Position numbers and translations under genes: made by a program | Shown: one piece after another, positions 34,520 to 44,200 of the stretch | Numbering within the stretch: the first letter of the stretch is position 1 | Layout: every line of letters starts with the position of its first letter | Source: an uncultured Candidatus Saccharibacteria bacterium | GTDB taxonomy: Bacteria > Patescibacteriota > Saccharimonadia > Saccharimonadales > SZUA-47 | Direction: 5' to 3' | Assembly: GCA_964536485.1 (NCBI GenBank) | Contig: CAZHXX010000004.1 | Coordinates: 25,457-89,456, forward strand | Length of the DNA stretch: 64,000 nt | The notes under the pieces: generated by a model | Database searches by the model: none | Told to the model about the DNA's origin: nothing | The model's input: only the letters and a program-made list of their open reading frames with translations

Positions 34520-34583
34520 ATATCTATTGTGTGTTCGTTTCGTACGAACGGCAAAAACAAAAATATAAACAATAGATATAAAA

Positions 34584-34784
34584 ATGGATACATTGCTAGA
34601 ACTTGAAAGCTTGCAACAAAAAAGTACGTTAAGTTTTGCTCAGGCTTTTTCTTTGTGTATGTTTATTACTGCGACTACCTTTTTAGGTATCGTTCATGGT
34701 AAACATTCAGAAAAAACTGTGCAACATCTTGAGATACCGGTCATTCATAATGCGGTACGAACTGGTCGACGAATGGAAGAGTAA
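34584..34784 (+). CDS. Hypothetical 66-aa ORF (coding status doubtful)
   Basis: ORF only, with no SD. It lies between the promoter/palindrome region and the dnaJ CIRCE. Confidence 0.3.
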   Translation: MDTLLELESLQQKSTLSFAQAFSLCMFITATTFLGIVHGKHSEKTVQHLEIPVIHNAVRTGRRMEE

Positions 34785-34790
34785 TTCCTG

Positions 34791-34817
34791 TTGGCACTCG
34801 ACCTTATGAAGTGCTAA
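34791..34817 (+). promoter_or_regulatory. CIRCE operator upstream of dnaJ
   Basis: TTGGCACTC-gaccttatg-AAGTGCTAA (2 mismatches to the consensus). Confidence 0.75.
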
Positions 34818-34916
34818 AATATGGAGTATGATTTATCGATACTTCGTTCGAAATAGTACAGTAAGCAGTGGTTTTGAAGTCCTATATGCTAACCAAAAGC
34901 GGGAGCAGTAGAGACT

Positions 34917-36020
34917 ATGTCTAAGCGTGATTATTATGAAGTACTTGGAGTGGGAAAGTCAGCCTCTGATGATGAAATAAAAAAAGCCTTTCGCCGTAAG
35001 GCTATAGAACTGCACCCAGATAAAGAGGGCGGAGACGAAGCAAAGTTTAAAGAGGTAAACGAAGCTTACGAGGTCTTGAAAGACCAGCAAAAACGCCAGC
35101 GCTATGATCAGTTTGGACATGCGGGTGTTGGTGGCGCCAGTGGCGCAGGCGGTAATCCGTTCCAAGGTTTTGGCGGACAGGGGCATAGTGTTAACTTTGA
35201 CTTTGATGATCTTGGTGGCTTTGGAGATTTGTTTGGAAGTTTTTTTGGAGGTGGCGGACGACAGAAGCAACGCAAGCCAGAACGCGGTCGTGATGTGGAG
35301 ATGGAAATGGTCCTAGACTTTGAAGAAGCAATCTTTGGTGTCGAGACCGATGTAAAACTAAATCTTCACGATGTATGCGAACACTGTAAGGGTACAACAG
35401 TCGAGCCTGGGTATGAACTAAAAACCTGTGACACATGTAAAGGGTCTGGCCAAGAAGTGCGTGTCGCGCAAACTATTTTTGGCAACATACAGCAAGCGGT
35501 CACTTGCCAAAAATGTAATGGCAAAGGCAAGATACCAGAGCAAAAGTGTAGTGTGTGTAGTGGAAGCGGGATAGAGAGAAAAGACAAGAATATCACCGTC
35601 AAGATTCCTGCTGGTATTGACGACGGCTCAACTATACGCCTAACGGGCTATGGGGAGTCTACGGCAAATGGAAATAAAGGAGACTTGTACGTGCATGTTC
35701 GGGTCAAGCCTCACAAAGAGTTTACGCGCGAAGGTGAGCTGGTCTTAAGCAAGGTTCATGTTGACATGGTTGATGCTGCACTGGGGACAGAAATTGATGT
35801 GGCGACAGTTGACGGTGCAGTGCGTATGAAAGTCCCTGCTGGGACGCAAACAGGCACAGACTTTAAGCTTTCTGGCCATGGTGTGCCTTACCTTCGTCGC
35901 GAAGGTCGCGGGGCCCATATCGTGACGGTAGTGGTAGATACGCCAACAAAACTCTCAAAAGAACAAAAAGACATTCTTGAGCAGTTCAAAGCGAATGCAA
36001 AAAAAGGCTGGTTTAAGTAG
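34917..36020 (+). CDS. dnaJ: Molecular chaperone DnaJ
   Basis: J-domain with HPD (ELHPDKEGG), a G/F-rich region, and four CxxCxGxG zinc-finger repeats. Confidence 0.97.
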   Translation: MSKRDYYEVLGVGKSASDDEIKKAFRRKAIELHPDKEGGDEAKFKEVNEAYEVLKDQQKRQRYDQFGHAGVGGASGAGGNPFQGFGGQGHSVNFDFDDLGGFGDLFGSFFGGGGRQKQRKPERGRDVEMEMVLDFEEAIFGVETDVKLNLHDVCEHCKGTTVEPGYELKTCDTCKGSGQEVRVAQTIFGNIQQAVTCQKCNGKGKIPEQKCSVCSGSGIERKDKNITVKIPAGIDDGSTIRLTGYGESTANGNKGDLYVHVRVKPHKEFTREGELVLSKVHVDMVDAALGTEIDVATVDGAVRMKVPAGTQTGTDFKLSGHGVPYLRREGRGAHIVTVVVDTPTKLSKEQKDILEQFKANAKKGWFK

Positions 36021-36032
36021 CTCAGTCGGGGT

Positions 36033-36161
36033 ATGATGAAGCAAATGCTTCAAAAAAAACCAGATCAGCTCGAAGAAGGGTTTATTACCATGATTGTTCT
36101 TATGGTCGTTATTCTTACGGCCGTAATTTATTTTGCATATAAACGCGTAACCTCGGGTTAG
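36033..36161 (+). CDS. Candidate 42-aa single-TM micro-protein
   Basis: My translation is MMKQMLQKKPDQLEEGFITMIVLMVVILTAVIYFAYKRVTSG. It is below the track cutoff and lies immediately upstream of the ATP-grasp pair. Confidence 0.35.
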   Translation: MMKQMLQKKPDQLEEGFITMIVLMVVILTAVIYFAYKRVTSG

Positions 36162-36171
36162 TGAGTTTTAG

Positions 36172-37245
36172 ATGAACCTATTAACAAAAACAGATATAGC
36201 CGGTCTAAAAGGTATTGGCTCAAGTATGAGAGGCGTCTTGCAAGAGTTCTATGGTAGAGGAGCAGCTGTTTCACTTGTGAGTGAAGATAGTCAGCGCGCT
36301 GAATATCTCTTTCACGTTGAAGTTGACGATCTTCAAATCCCTTTAGTTTCTGCTAGGCTTAATTTTTATTCTGTACTTAATTCACTTATTTCTCAAAAAG
36401 TTACTTCAAACAAATGGACGACATACAAGCTCTGTCAGGCGTATGGTGTCCCAACTCCGGTGACAGAAAAACTCACTACTGCTAATGATAAAAGCGAGTT
36501 AATTAATGTCTACGATTCTGTAGTGGTAAAACCGCTCGATGGAGCGCACGGTGATGGTATTACAACTGATATAACGACAGATGACGACCTGCAGAGAGCA
36601 GTACAGAACGCAAAAAAGTTTAGTGAAATAGTGCTGGTTCAACAGATGGTCAAAGGAGATGATTATCGTTTACTCTTTTTAAACTATAAATTGGCCAGTG
36701 CAGTAAAAAGGGTGCCTCCCTATGTTGTTGGTGATGGAGTACGCACAGTGGGTGAACTTATCGCAATAAAGAATAAAGAGCGAACAGAGTTTCGAGAAGG
36801 ACTGAGGAAGGGTCAATTTTCCGATTCCGATATGAGGGGATCAATATCAAATATACCCATGGATGAAGTGGAAGAGTTTAACGGTGAGGACTTTATGAAG
36901 TACACGCCGAATTTAAATGAAAAAGTTCAGTTGCTTAATAAGGCGAATGTGAGCCTTGGCGGACAAACGGAAGTGGTAGATGTTAGTGCAAACACCCCTC
37001 TTATACAGTCTATTGAACAAACCCTGCGAGTGTTGCAGCTAAGTATTTGTGGCGTAGATATCTTATCCGACCACCTGGAGAATGGCATTTTTAGTGCTGA
37101 TAGCACTTATGTCATCGAGTATAATGCTTCCCCAGGTTTTAGATTGCATGAGTTTCCGTTTTCCGGGCATGCGTACCCTGTTTCGCAAGTCGTCGCGGAC
37201 CTAATAGTAGAAAAACAAAAGCAGTTGCAAAAAAGTGATTATTAA
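36172..37245 (+). CDS. Stand-alone ATP-grasp ligase, cyanophycin synthetase N-domain / GshB-like
   Basis: VVVKPLDGAHGDGI, VQQMVKGDDYRLLF, RVPPYVVGDGVRTVGELI, NVSLGGQTEVVDV, GVDIL, VIEYNASPGFRLH. Confidence 0.75.
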   Translation: MNLLTKTDIAGLKGIGSSMRGVLQEFYGRGAAVSLVSEDSQRAEYLFHVEVDDLQIPLVSARLNFYSVLNSLISQKVTSNKWTTYKLCQAYGVPTPVTEKLTTANDKSELINVYDSVVVKPLDGAHGDGITTDITTDDDLQRAVQNAKKFSEIVLVQQMVKGDDYRLLFLNYKLASAVKRVPPYVVGDGVRTVGELIAIKNKERTEFREGLRKGQFSDSDMRGSISNIPMDEVEEFNGEDFMKYTPNLNEKVQLLNKANVSLGGQTEVVDVSANTPLIQSIEQTLRVLQLSICGVDILSDHLENGIFSADSTYVIEYNASPGFRLHEFPFSGHAYPVSQVVADLIVEKQKQLQKSDY

Positions 37246-37300
37246 TATATAATATACATCTTGTATTAGGATAACCCAACCGACAAAGGTAAGGCACCAA

Positions 37301-38674
37301 ATGAAAAAGACATTACTCCCAATTAACTACAATCGCGCCACTCAAATAGCTTCATTTCATGACGACCAACTTACCTTTATGCTAAACGAAAAGTATTTTG
37401 ATGACTACGTTATGTTGCTTCCAAAAGAAAATATGACCGTACTCACCGAAGAGCTAGGCTTTAGCGGGAAGGTAGCCGTCCTAAAGACTAACAATGACTT
37501 CCCATCACTAGACAGCGCACTAAAGTCAAAAAAATTCACCGACTTTGTACGAGATAATCCTCGCAGAAAAGTAGTAATTTATTCTCCGATAGATCCTCCT
37601 TATAAAGTGAACCCGTTGACATATCTAATGAACTCCCCAACGATCGCACATGCATATGAGAATAAACGTTATTTCCGCGATGAATTCTCTGACCTAATAA
37701 GAATGCCTGAGTACGAGATAAAAAATGTTGATGATTTAAATAAAGTCTCATCATATAAAGAATTGCGAGACGAATTCGGCGAAATGGTACTACAAGATGA
37801 AGAGTCCCACGGTAGCAGGGGTACTTATATCGTTAAGAGCCTAGATGAATATGTGGATGCGGTTAAGTCACTGAAAAAACACTCTTACGGTCGCTCCGTA
37901 GTCGTTTCTAAGTACATAAAGGGCCAAACTTGTAGTATCCAGGTCTGTATAACAAAATACGGTATTTTCAGCGGTGGTGTACAAAAACAATTAATCAACA
38001 GTAAATATCTTTGCAACACGAAGCTTGAGGATGCGACAAAGTGGTGCGGAGGTGAAGTAGGCGGAGAATATCCAGACATCGTACAGCACCAAGCACAAGA
38101 AATCGCAAGCGTAGTCGGCTCAGAACTATCAAGTCATGGCTATAAGGGTATTTTTGGAGTTGATCTAATTATTACTCCAAACAACGAAGTGTATGCAATA
38201 GAAATAAACGCACGATTAACAGGCTATTCACACCTTATTAGCGACATGCAACTTAAGGAGGGGAAAATACCTTTCATGTTGTTGCATATACTAGAACTCG
38301 GCAGTATACCTTACGAGGTAACTGATCTGGATGCGCTACCAAGCATGGCAAGATACAAGAAGCCTGTGTCTTATATGATCATTACTAATAAAAATGAAGA
38401 GCCAATTTTGATTGAAAAGAAAGTTAGGCTAGGTATCTATAGAATTGTTAATAATACGCTAGAGTTTATTAAAGCTGGATACTCAATTTCCGACCTGAAG
38501 ACAGAAGATATGGTTATAATAAGTGCGAAATTCGTAGAGGGTGAGTCAATCGCAAGTGGAAGGCGTATTCTGCAGGTAACCAAGCTAGGCAGGTGTATGC
38601 AGAAACAAGACCTCGGTCCTCGCTCAAGACAGATTATTGAAGTTATAAAAACACACTTTGGCATCCCAGAGTAA
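37301..38674 (+). CDS. ATP-grasp domain protein (second ligase, unknown specificity)
   Basis: 457 aa. C-terminal ATP-grasp core: MVLQDEESHGSRGTYIV, VVVSKYIKG, GIFGVDLIITPNNEVYAIEINARLTG. Confidence 0.65.
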   Translation: MKKTLLPINYNRATQIASFHDDQLTFMLNEKYFDDYVMLLPKENMTVLTEELGFSGKVAVLKTNNDFPSLDSALKSKKFTDFVRDNPRRKVVIYSPIDPPYKVNPLTYLMNSPTIAHAYENKRYFRDEFSDLIRMPEYEIKNVDDLNKVSSYKELRDEFGEMVLQDEESHGSRGTYIVKSLDEYVDAVKSLKKHSYGRSVVVSKYIKGQTCSIQVCITKYGIFSGGVQKQLINSKYLCNTKLEDATKWCGGEVGGEYPDIVQHQAQEIASVVGSELSSHGYKGIFGVDLIITPNNEVYAIEINARLTGYSHLISDMQLKEGKIPFMLLHILELGSIPYEVTDLDALPSMARYKKPVSYMIITNKNEEPILIEKKVRLGIYRIVNNTLEFIKAGYSISDLKTEDMVIISAKFVEGESIASGRRILQVTKLGRCMQKQDLGPRSRQIIEVIKTHFGIPE

Positions 38675-38728
38675 GCTACACCTTTAGTCTCTTTGGTTAA
38701 GGTCTTTTTGATACGTTACTATAGTAGT

Positions 38729-39196
38729 ATGAAAAGAATTCAAAAAGCCTTATCTTTTATATGGCCTTCACGCAATGTCTTTCCTTTTCTGCTGGGATTA
38801 TTTCTCTTCGTGTTATTACTATTTTTGGGCATAAAGACGATAGGTCGTAACGATATGCTAGTAGCTCCGCTCGGTACCATTTCACTAGAATATGCCAAAA
38901 CGGCCTCTGAGCGTGAAACTGGGCTCATGAATCGTCAGAAGCTTGATGACAATACTGGTATGCTATTTGTTTTTGATAGGGGGGAGGCGAATTGTTTCTG
39001 GATGAAAGATACTTTTATGCCGCTCGATATGATTTGGCTAGATCATACTAAAAAAGTAGTTTTTGTGCACCAAAATGCTGTGCCACAATCGGAGACTTCT
39101 CTTTGTCCAGATGCCCCAGCTACATATGTGCTAGAGGTGAATGCGGGTCAAGCGGATAAACTTGGCCTAGTGGTGGGTGCACAAGCTGATTTTTAA
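38729..39196 (+). CDS. DUF192 (COG1430) family protein
   Basis: I trimmed the start to MKRIQKAL. It has a signal anchor, and GMLFVF...CFWMKDTFMPLDMIWLD...VLEVNAG matches the DUF192 pattern. Confidence 0.7.
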   Translation: MKRIQKALSFIWPSRNVFPFLLGLFLFVLLLFLGIKTIGRNDMLVAPLGTISLEYAKTASERETGLMNRQKLDDNTGMLFVFDRGEANCFWMKDTFMPLDMIWLDHTKKVVFVHQNAVPQSETSLCPDAPATYVLEVNAGQADKLGLVVGAQADF

Positions 39197-39199
39197 CGC

Positions 39200-39697
39200 T
39201 TGTGCTACACTACATCTGTGACAACATTACTTATTAGCGCGTTTATTCTTACTGCTCTCCCTTTAACGTTGCTGGTATTTTTAAATACGAATGCTGGTAT
39301 TATGTTCCTTGCTTCATGTGCTGGACTTGTACTCCTTGAGTCGCTTGACCCTACTGTGGTAACGACTGCCGGTGCTATTGTCCCGGGAGAAGGTGAAGCA
39401 TTCGTCCGACTTGCAGTTGTGCTGCTCTCATTAGTTTTTGCAGCAGTAATGTTTCGCAATAGTATCTCTAAGGCACAACTGCCGGTGCATACACTCATAG
39501 TCTTGTTGCTAGGAGCTATACTGACTATACTATTGCCTTCGGCAACGGGAGTAACGTGGCTTCTTGATACGTCAAAAGAATCTTTGTGGCAGAATGTAAA
39601 CGACTACCGAACGCTCCTTATAGCTTCAGGTTTCGCTCTTAGTTTACTTGCTATCTTGCTCGCTAAGCCGGCAAAACATGGCAAAGAGAAGCACTAG
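39200..39697 (+). CDS. Integral membrane protein (about 165 aa; TTG/GTG start uncertain)
   Basis: 5 hydrophobic segments. It starts 4 nt after the DUF192 stop. Confidence 0.5.
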   Translation: MCYTTSVTTLLISAFILTALPLTLLVFLNTNAGIMFLASCAGLVLLESLDPTVVTTAGAIVPGEGEAFVRLAVVLLSLVFAAVMFRNSISKAQLPVHTLIVLLLGAILTILLPSATGVTWLLDTSKESLWQNVNDYRTLLIASGFALSLLAILLAKPAKHGKEKH

Positions 39698-39703
39698 TAG
39701 ATT

Positions 39704-39970
39704 TTAGAGTGCAAGTAGTAGAGAAACAAGAATCGCAGGTACTACATAACCACTAAGCATAAGTTTTTGATTCTTAGTCTTCAAAAGCTCTAGGATACTA
39801 CTCGTTACAAGACCAGTGACCCCGACAAAGGGCACACCGACTATAGCCAGTAAGCCATTGCCAAGACCTTCTACCTCACCCGAATCAGAAAGAAGCGTTG
39901 TAATGAAATAAGTCAGAAGGGGACTTAGGGTGGCAAGAACGAGAACTGTGTAATAGGTTTTCTTCTGCAT
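39704..39970 (-). CDS. Small membrane protein (88 aa)
   Basis: 3 hydrophobic segments, ORF only. Confidence 0.45.
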   Translation of the reverse strand: MQKKTYYTVLVLATLSPLLTYFITTLLSDSGEVEGLGNGLLAIVGVPFVGVTGLVTSSILELLKTKNQKLMLSGYVVPAILVSLLLAL

Positions 39971-40031
39971 AACTGCATACTAGATGAATAATAAGCAACA
40001 GTCAACTTGACCAGTAACTCGACATGCCAAC

Positions 40032-40054
40032 TAAAAAGCCCACCTTTTGGTGGA
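40032..40054 (-). terminator. Short hairpin terminator after tRNA-Lys
   Basis: On the minus strand: CCACC-aaaa-GGTGG followed by GCTTTTT. Confidence 0.45.
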
Positions 40055-40063
40055 CTGTTTAGT

Positions 40064-40140
40064 TGGAGGGCCCAGTGAGACTTGAACTCACGACACCCTG
40101 CTTAAAAGGCAGGTGCTCTAACCAGCTGAGCTATGGGCCC
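40064..40140 (-). tRNA. tRNA-Lys (UUU)
   Basis: Reverse complement: GGGCCCATAGCTCAGCTGGTTAGAGCACCTGCCTTTTAAGCAGGGTGTCGTGAGTTCAAGTCTCACTGGGCCCTCCA. It forms a perfect cloverleaf with anticodon loop CTTTTAA and an encoded CCA. Confidence 0.95.
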
Positions 40141-40223
40141 GGAAAAATTTTTAGGCAATTCTTTGTTTGTGCAAGGAATTACGACTAAAACAGAGGTAAT
40201 TTTAACTAATTTAGCACAAAAAG

Positions 40224-40688
40224 TCAATGCCTGCGTCCCCTCACGAGACTCGGATGTGATGCTTTTATCTTTTTATTGTTCGAGGGCGTCGCGAATTGCA
40301 AAAAAGCAGGTTTCGGCGTATAGTCACTCCTAAAAAGTAGCGGGTTTGCATCGTTAAGCCCAATGCCGTTATACCAGCTTTGTCTATCGATGAGACCAAG
40401 AAAGCCAAAATTAGGGCATACGATTGGTCCGACTTCGAGGCAAGCGCCAAGCATATCGCTATATATTTTTGCCTGCTTCTCATCTTTTTGCTTGTCAGTC
40501 CCCTCAACGTCATGCATATTCACATCAAACTCTGCTACATAGACTTTTATTCCAAGGCCTGCGAATCTTCGCATATTCTGCACAACAGCATCTTTGGTAG
40601 ACGCATACAACAATCGTAGATGTCTATGGTCTGAATGCTCTGTAAGAATAGCTACAGGGTGAGTGAGCAGACATACCTCAGTTAAACA
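40224..40688 (-). pseudogene. Remnant of a glycoside hydrolase family 10 (xylanase-like) gene, C-terminal half only
   Basis: RRFAGLGIKVYVAEFDV resembles the GH10 nucleophile region (..ITELDI). FGFLGLIDRQSW and PLLFRSDYTPKPAF resemble the GH10 C-terminus. The frame is open only from 40688, has no ATG, and lacks the N-terminal half. Confidence 0.45.
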
Positions 40689-40732
40689 CTATATTTAAGT
40701 GATATAATATACCTAACTAACGAGAGAAAAAT

Positions 40733-41434
40733 ATGTCTGGACACAGTAAATGGTCAACAATTAAACGACAAAAAGCAGTTACTGATGCAAAGCGCGGGGC
40801 TGTCTTTACACGACTTGGTAACATGATAGCTATTGCTGCACGTGGTGGCACTGACCCGACAATGAATTCAACGCTGGCTATGGCTATAGATAAGGCAAAA
40901 GCAGCGAATATGCCACTGAGTAATATCGAACGAGCAATTCAGCGCGTATCTGATAAGAACGCCACGCAGATGCTTGAAGTTATGTATGAAGGCTATGGTC
41001 CTGGCGGAGTCGCCGTGCTTGTTGAGTGCGCAACCGACAACATCAACCGGACATATCCGGAAGTAAAAAATGCCTTTAACAAAAAAGGCGGAAGCATCGC
41101 AGAAAAAGGCGCAGTGGCATTCCAGTTTACAAGAAAAGGTCTCATTACAGTAAAAGCAACAGGTGAGGATGCGCTACTTACGATTCTTGATGCTGGTGCA
41201 GAAGATGCAGTTGAAGAAGACGGCGAAATGACTGTTTATACGGACTCCAAAGAGCTTGCCAAAGTGCGGGACGCAATAAAGGCTTCCGGCCTTGAAGTGG
41301 TTGACGCGGAGCTAAGCCATGTTCCTAACACGACCGTGTCATTGGATGGTGAAAAGCAGGAAAAACTCTTCAATCTTCTTGAGGCGCTTGAAGATATTGA
41401 TGATGTAGTAAATACTCATACAAATCTCGCATGA
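40733..41434 (+). CDS. yebC: YebC/PmpR-family transcriptional regulator
   Basis: MSGHSKWSTIKRQKAVTDAKRG N-terminus, 233 aa. Confidence 0.95.
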   Translation: MSGHSKWSTIKRQKAVTDAKRGAVFTRLGNMIAIAARGGTDPTMNSTLAMAIDKAKAANMPLSNIERAIQRVSDKNATQMLEVMYEGYGPGGVAVLVECATDNINRTYPEVKNAFNKKGGSIAEKGAVAFQFTRKGLITVKATGEDALLTILDAGAEDAVEEDGEMTVYTDSKELAKVRDAIKASGLEVVDAELSHVPNTTVSLDGEKQEKLFNLLEALEDIDDVVNTHTNLA

Positions 41435-41904
41435 AAATTCTTGGTATTGACCCAGGAAGTGGCATTATTGGCTTTGGACTCATAGAGCGTAAGAGTAGCG
41501 CAAAAATGCTTGACGCAGGGGTGATTCGCACAACGATTGGTGATGAGACTGCGATGAGACTTTTGGAACTCTATACCTCCCTAAAGGAGCTTGTAGAAGA
41601 GCTTAAGCCGGATGTTGCAGTAGTAGAAAAGCTATTTTTTGCTCAAAATGTCACGACGGCAATGACGGTATCGCAAGCACGTGGGGTCATATTACTTTGT
41701 TTCGCAGAAGCAAATATCCCGATTTATGAATACACGCCATTGCAGATAAAAATGGCAATGACAGGCTATGGGAGGGCAACAAAAGCCCAGATTCAGGAAA
41801 TGGTAAGAGTACAGCTGGGGTTAAAAAATAAGCCAAAGCCAGATGACTGCGCAGACGCCCTGGCGGCTGCGCTCACGCACATCTCTACGCTTCGTGTACA
41901 ATAG
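41431..41904 (+). CDS. ruvC: Holliday junction resolvase RuvC
   Basis: MKILGIDPGSGIIGFG and the late ADALAAALTH motif. ATGA overlap with yebC. Confidence 0.92.
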   Translation: MKILGIDPGSGIIGFGLIERKSSAKMLDAGVIRTTIGDETAMRLLELYTSLKELVEELKPDVAVVEKLFFAQNVTTAMTVSQARGVILLCFAEANIPIYEYTPLQIKMAMTGYGRATKAQIQEMVRVQLGLKNKPKPDDCADALAAALTHISTLRVQ

Positions 41905-41908
41905 AGAT

Positions 41909-42484
41909 ATGATTGCACGTTTGCGAGGGAAAGTATTAGAACATGACAATGATATTACCGTTATTGACTGCGCCGGGGTGGGGTATGCCGTACATGTATG
42001 TTATGACGAACAGCAACGGCTAAATGTTGGGGGCTCTTGTGATTTATATATTGCAGAACAGATAAAAGAAGATGCGCATGAGTTATTTGGCTTTAGTTCA
42101 AAATCACGCAAGCTGTTGTTTGATCTGCTGACAAGCGTGAATGGCATTGGGCCAAAAGCCGCAATGGCTATTTTAAACGTCGGGAGTGAAGGGCAGGTGA
42201 GAAGCGCCGTCGCAACGGGCGATACGAAGTTCATAAGTGCTGCAAAAGGGGTAGGTAAAAAAGTTGCTGAGCGAGCTGTTGTGGACTTAAAAAACAAGGT
42301 CGGGCTTGAAGCCAGCGCGGACGCTACAGATTTTCTTGGTGATGCGGCAATTACTGATGAAGCGGTAGAAGCATTAGTGGCTCTAGGGCATAGTCCGCAG
42401 GATGCAGCTGAATTGTTGCGAGGAATCGATGCTACGCTTTCAACTGGCGACAGAATCAAACAAGCACTAAAGGCGAAAAGATAA
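41909..42484 (+). CDS. ruvA: Holliday junction branch migration protein RuvA
   Basis: I trimmed the start to MIARLRGKV. Motifs: GVGY.V and the HhH segment [13 protein letters not shown]. Confidence 0.92.
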   Translation: MIARLRGKVLEHDNDITVIDCAGVGYAVHVCYDEQQRLNVGGSCDLYIAEQIKEDAHELFGFSSKSRKLLFDLLTSVNGIGPKAAMAILNVGSEGQVRSAVATGDTKFISAAKGVGKKVAERAVVDLKNKVGLEASADATDFLGDAAITDEAVEALVALGHSPQDAAELLRGIDATLSTGDRIKQALKAKR

Positions 42485-43527
42485 TGGCAATTGAACGAAT
42501 CGTTGATCCAACGCAAGACGACGACAATGCAACACCAGACGAATTGCGCATTGAGAACATTTTACGGCCCACGACATTCTCTGACTATGTCGGACAAGAA
42601 CGAGTGAAAAGTATCTTGCAGGTTTCAATCGATGCAGCTAAAAAGCGCGGTGAGCCGCTAGATCACATCCTGCTTTATGGGCCACCGGGTCTAGGCAAGA
42701 CAACACTCGCAAACATAATTGCCAAAGAGATGGGCGCGCAAATTAGAGTAACCAGCGGTCCAGCTATCGATCGAGCCGCAGATCTTGCAAGTATTCTTAC
42801 GAATCTTGGTGACGGAGACGTGCTTTTTATTGATGAAATTCACCGGCTTAATCGCTCAGTAGAAGAAGTGTTATATTCTGCTATGGAGGACTATGCGATC
42901 GACATTATGCTTGGTAAAGGCCCAAGTGCGAGAAGTTTGCGGCTTGATGTGCCGAAGTTTACGCTAATTGGGGCGACAACGCGCACTGGTGCGCTTGCTG
43001 CTCCTCTGCGTGACCGTTTTGGCATGCTTCATCGACTCGAGTACTATACGCCTGAAGAGATTGCCACGATTGTACAGCGTTCAGCAAAGCTCCTGGGGAC
43101 GGAAGTGAAACCAAGTGCTGCCCAGTCATTATCCACTCGTTCACGCCTAACGCCACGAATTGCAAACCGTCTTCTGAAGCGAGTGCGAGATTATGCCGAT
43201 GTTAACGGTGACGGCATTATAGATCAGGTGACAACCGATAAGGCGCTGGCCCTCTTAGAAATAGATGGGTATGGGCTCGATCCTGCCGACCGATTACTCC
43301 TCAATGCTATTATCGAGAATCACGGCGGTGGCCCTGTAGGACTGAACACGCTTGCAGCAGTACTCGGCGATGAAGTGAGTACTGTTGAGGATTTTTACGA
43401 ACCATATTTAATGCAAATCGGCTTCTTGGAGCGGACTCCACGGGGACGCAAAGCGACTCCACGTGCGTATACACATCTTGGTAAAACTCCGCAAAAAGCC
43501 GAGGATCAGCAAGAAAAACTGTTATAA
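42484..43527 (+). CDS. ruvB: Holliday junction DNA helicase RuvB
   Basis: [36 protein letters not shown] overlap with ruvA. Confidence 0.97.
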   Translation: MAIERIVDPTQDDDNATPDELRIENILRPTTFSDYVGQERVKSILQVSIDAAKKRGEPLDHILLYGPPGLGKTTLANIIAKEMGAQIRVTSGPAIDRAADLASILTNLGDGDVLFIDEIHRLNRSVEEVLYSAMEDYAIDIMLGKGPSARSLRLDVPKFTLIGATTRTGALAAPLRDRFGMLHRLEYYTPEEIATIVQRSAKLLGTEVKPSAAQSLSTRSRLTPRIANRLLKRVRDYADVNGDGIIDQVTTDKALALLEIDGYGLDPADRLLLNAIIENHGGGPVGLNTLAAVLGDEVSTVEDFYEPYLMQIGFLERTPRGRKATPRAYTHLGKTPQKAEDQQEKLL

Positions 43528-43536
43528 TAACTGATT

Positions 43537-44187
43537 ATGCACCCACTAACTAATTCCATGGAACGTGTTGATGACGACGAGAAGAAACTTGCGGAAATTC
43601 ACAAGCACCCACTCGGTATTATCTTTTTATATATTCAAGCAACCATAGGGCTTATAGTCGCGGTTGGGCTTGCATACTTTCTACTTCCTGTCGTGGTGAC
43701 AAACACAGATGACGCGTTCTTTTACGGCAACTTGTTCGCCGCTGTTTCTGTCACGTTAGCATTTATCGTGATTCTAATTGCAACGTTTATTTACCGCCAA
43801 AACAGACTTATATTGACCGACCGCAACCTCACTCAGACACTGCAGTATGGCTTATTCAACCGTAAGGTATCTCAGTTAAACATGACAAATGTTGAGGACG
43901 TTACTGCTATCCAGAATGGCATTCTTTCAACGGTCTTTAATGTGGGGACGCTCAAAATTGAAACAGCCGGTGAGCAGATGAATTTTAATTTTAGTTTTTG
44001 CCCTAACCCTGGGTACTACGCAAAGATTATTTTAGACGCTAGAGAATGTATGTTGGGACAGATGGAAGGTGCGTCACAGTCTCAAGGTGCGCCTAAGACC
44101 ACCGCCTCAGTCTCGACAAACACCGCTCCTGACCTCTCAGCCATAAAAGAACTTGGCGCAGAAACACTGAAGCAGGCACAACAGTAA
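43537..44187 (+). CDS. Membrane protein with a bacterial PH (YdbS/YdbT-like, DUF304) domain
   Basis: Two TM segments followed by LILTDRNLTQ...VGTLKIETAGE. Confidence 0.6.
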   Translation: MHPLTNSMERVDDDEKKLAEIHKHPLGIIFLYIQATIGLIVAVGLAYFLLPVVVTNTDDAFFYGNLFAAVSVTLAFIVILIATFIYRQNRLILTDRNLTQTLQYGLFNRKVSQLNMTNVEDVTAIQNGILSTVFNVGTLKIETAGEQMNFNFSFCPNPGYYAKIILDARECMLGQMEGASQSQGAPKTTASVSTNTAPDLSAIKELGAETLKQAQQ

Positions 44188-44200
44188 ACGTAGTTCTTTG

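Noticed and set aside
36033-36161. Reading the 42-aa ORF (EEGFITMIVLM...) as a type IV pilin-like prepeptide or a graspetide precursor for the adjacent ATP-grasp enzymes
   Set aside because: The G-F-I-T-M segment lacks the conserved Glu+5 of class III signals. The peptide is a plain hydrophobic helix without the Thr/Ser plus Asp/Glu-rich core expected of ATP-grasp RiPP precursors. I keep it only as a possible micro membrane protein.
40133-40333. 66-aa plus-strand ORF overlapping tRNA-Lys
   Set aside because: It starts inside the tRNA gene on the opposite strand and runs antisense into the GH10 remnant, with no coding signal.
42001-42516. 171-aa minus-strand ORF
   Set aside because: It is antisense to ruvA and the start of ruvB, both of which carry clear family motifs.
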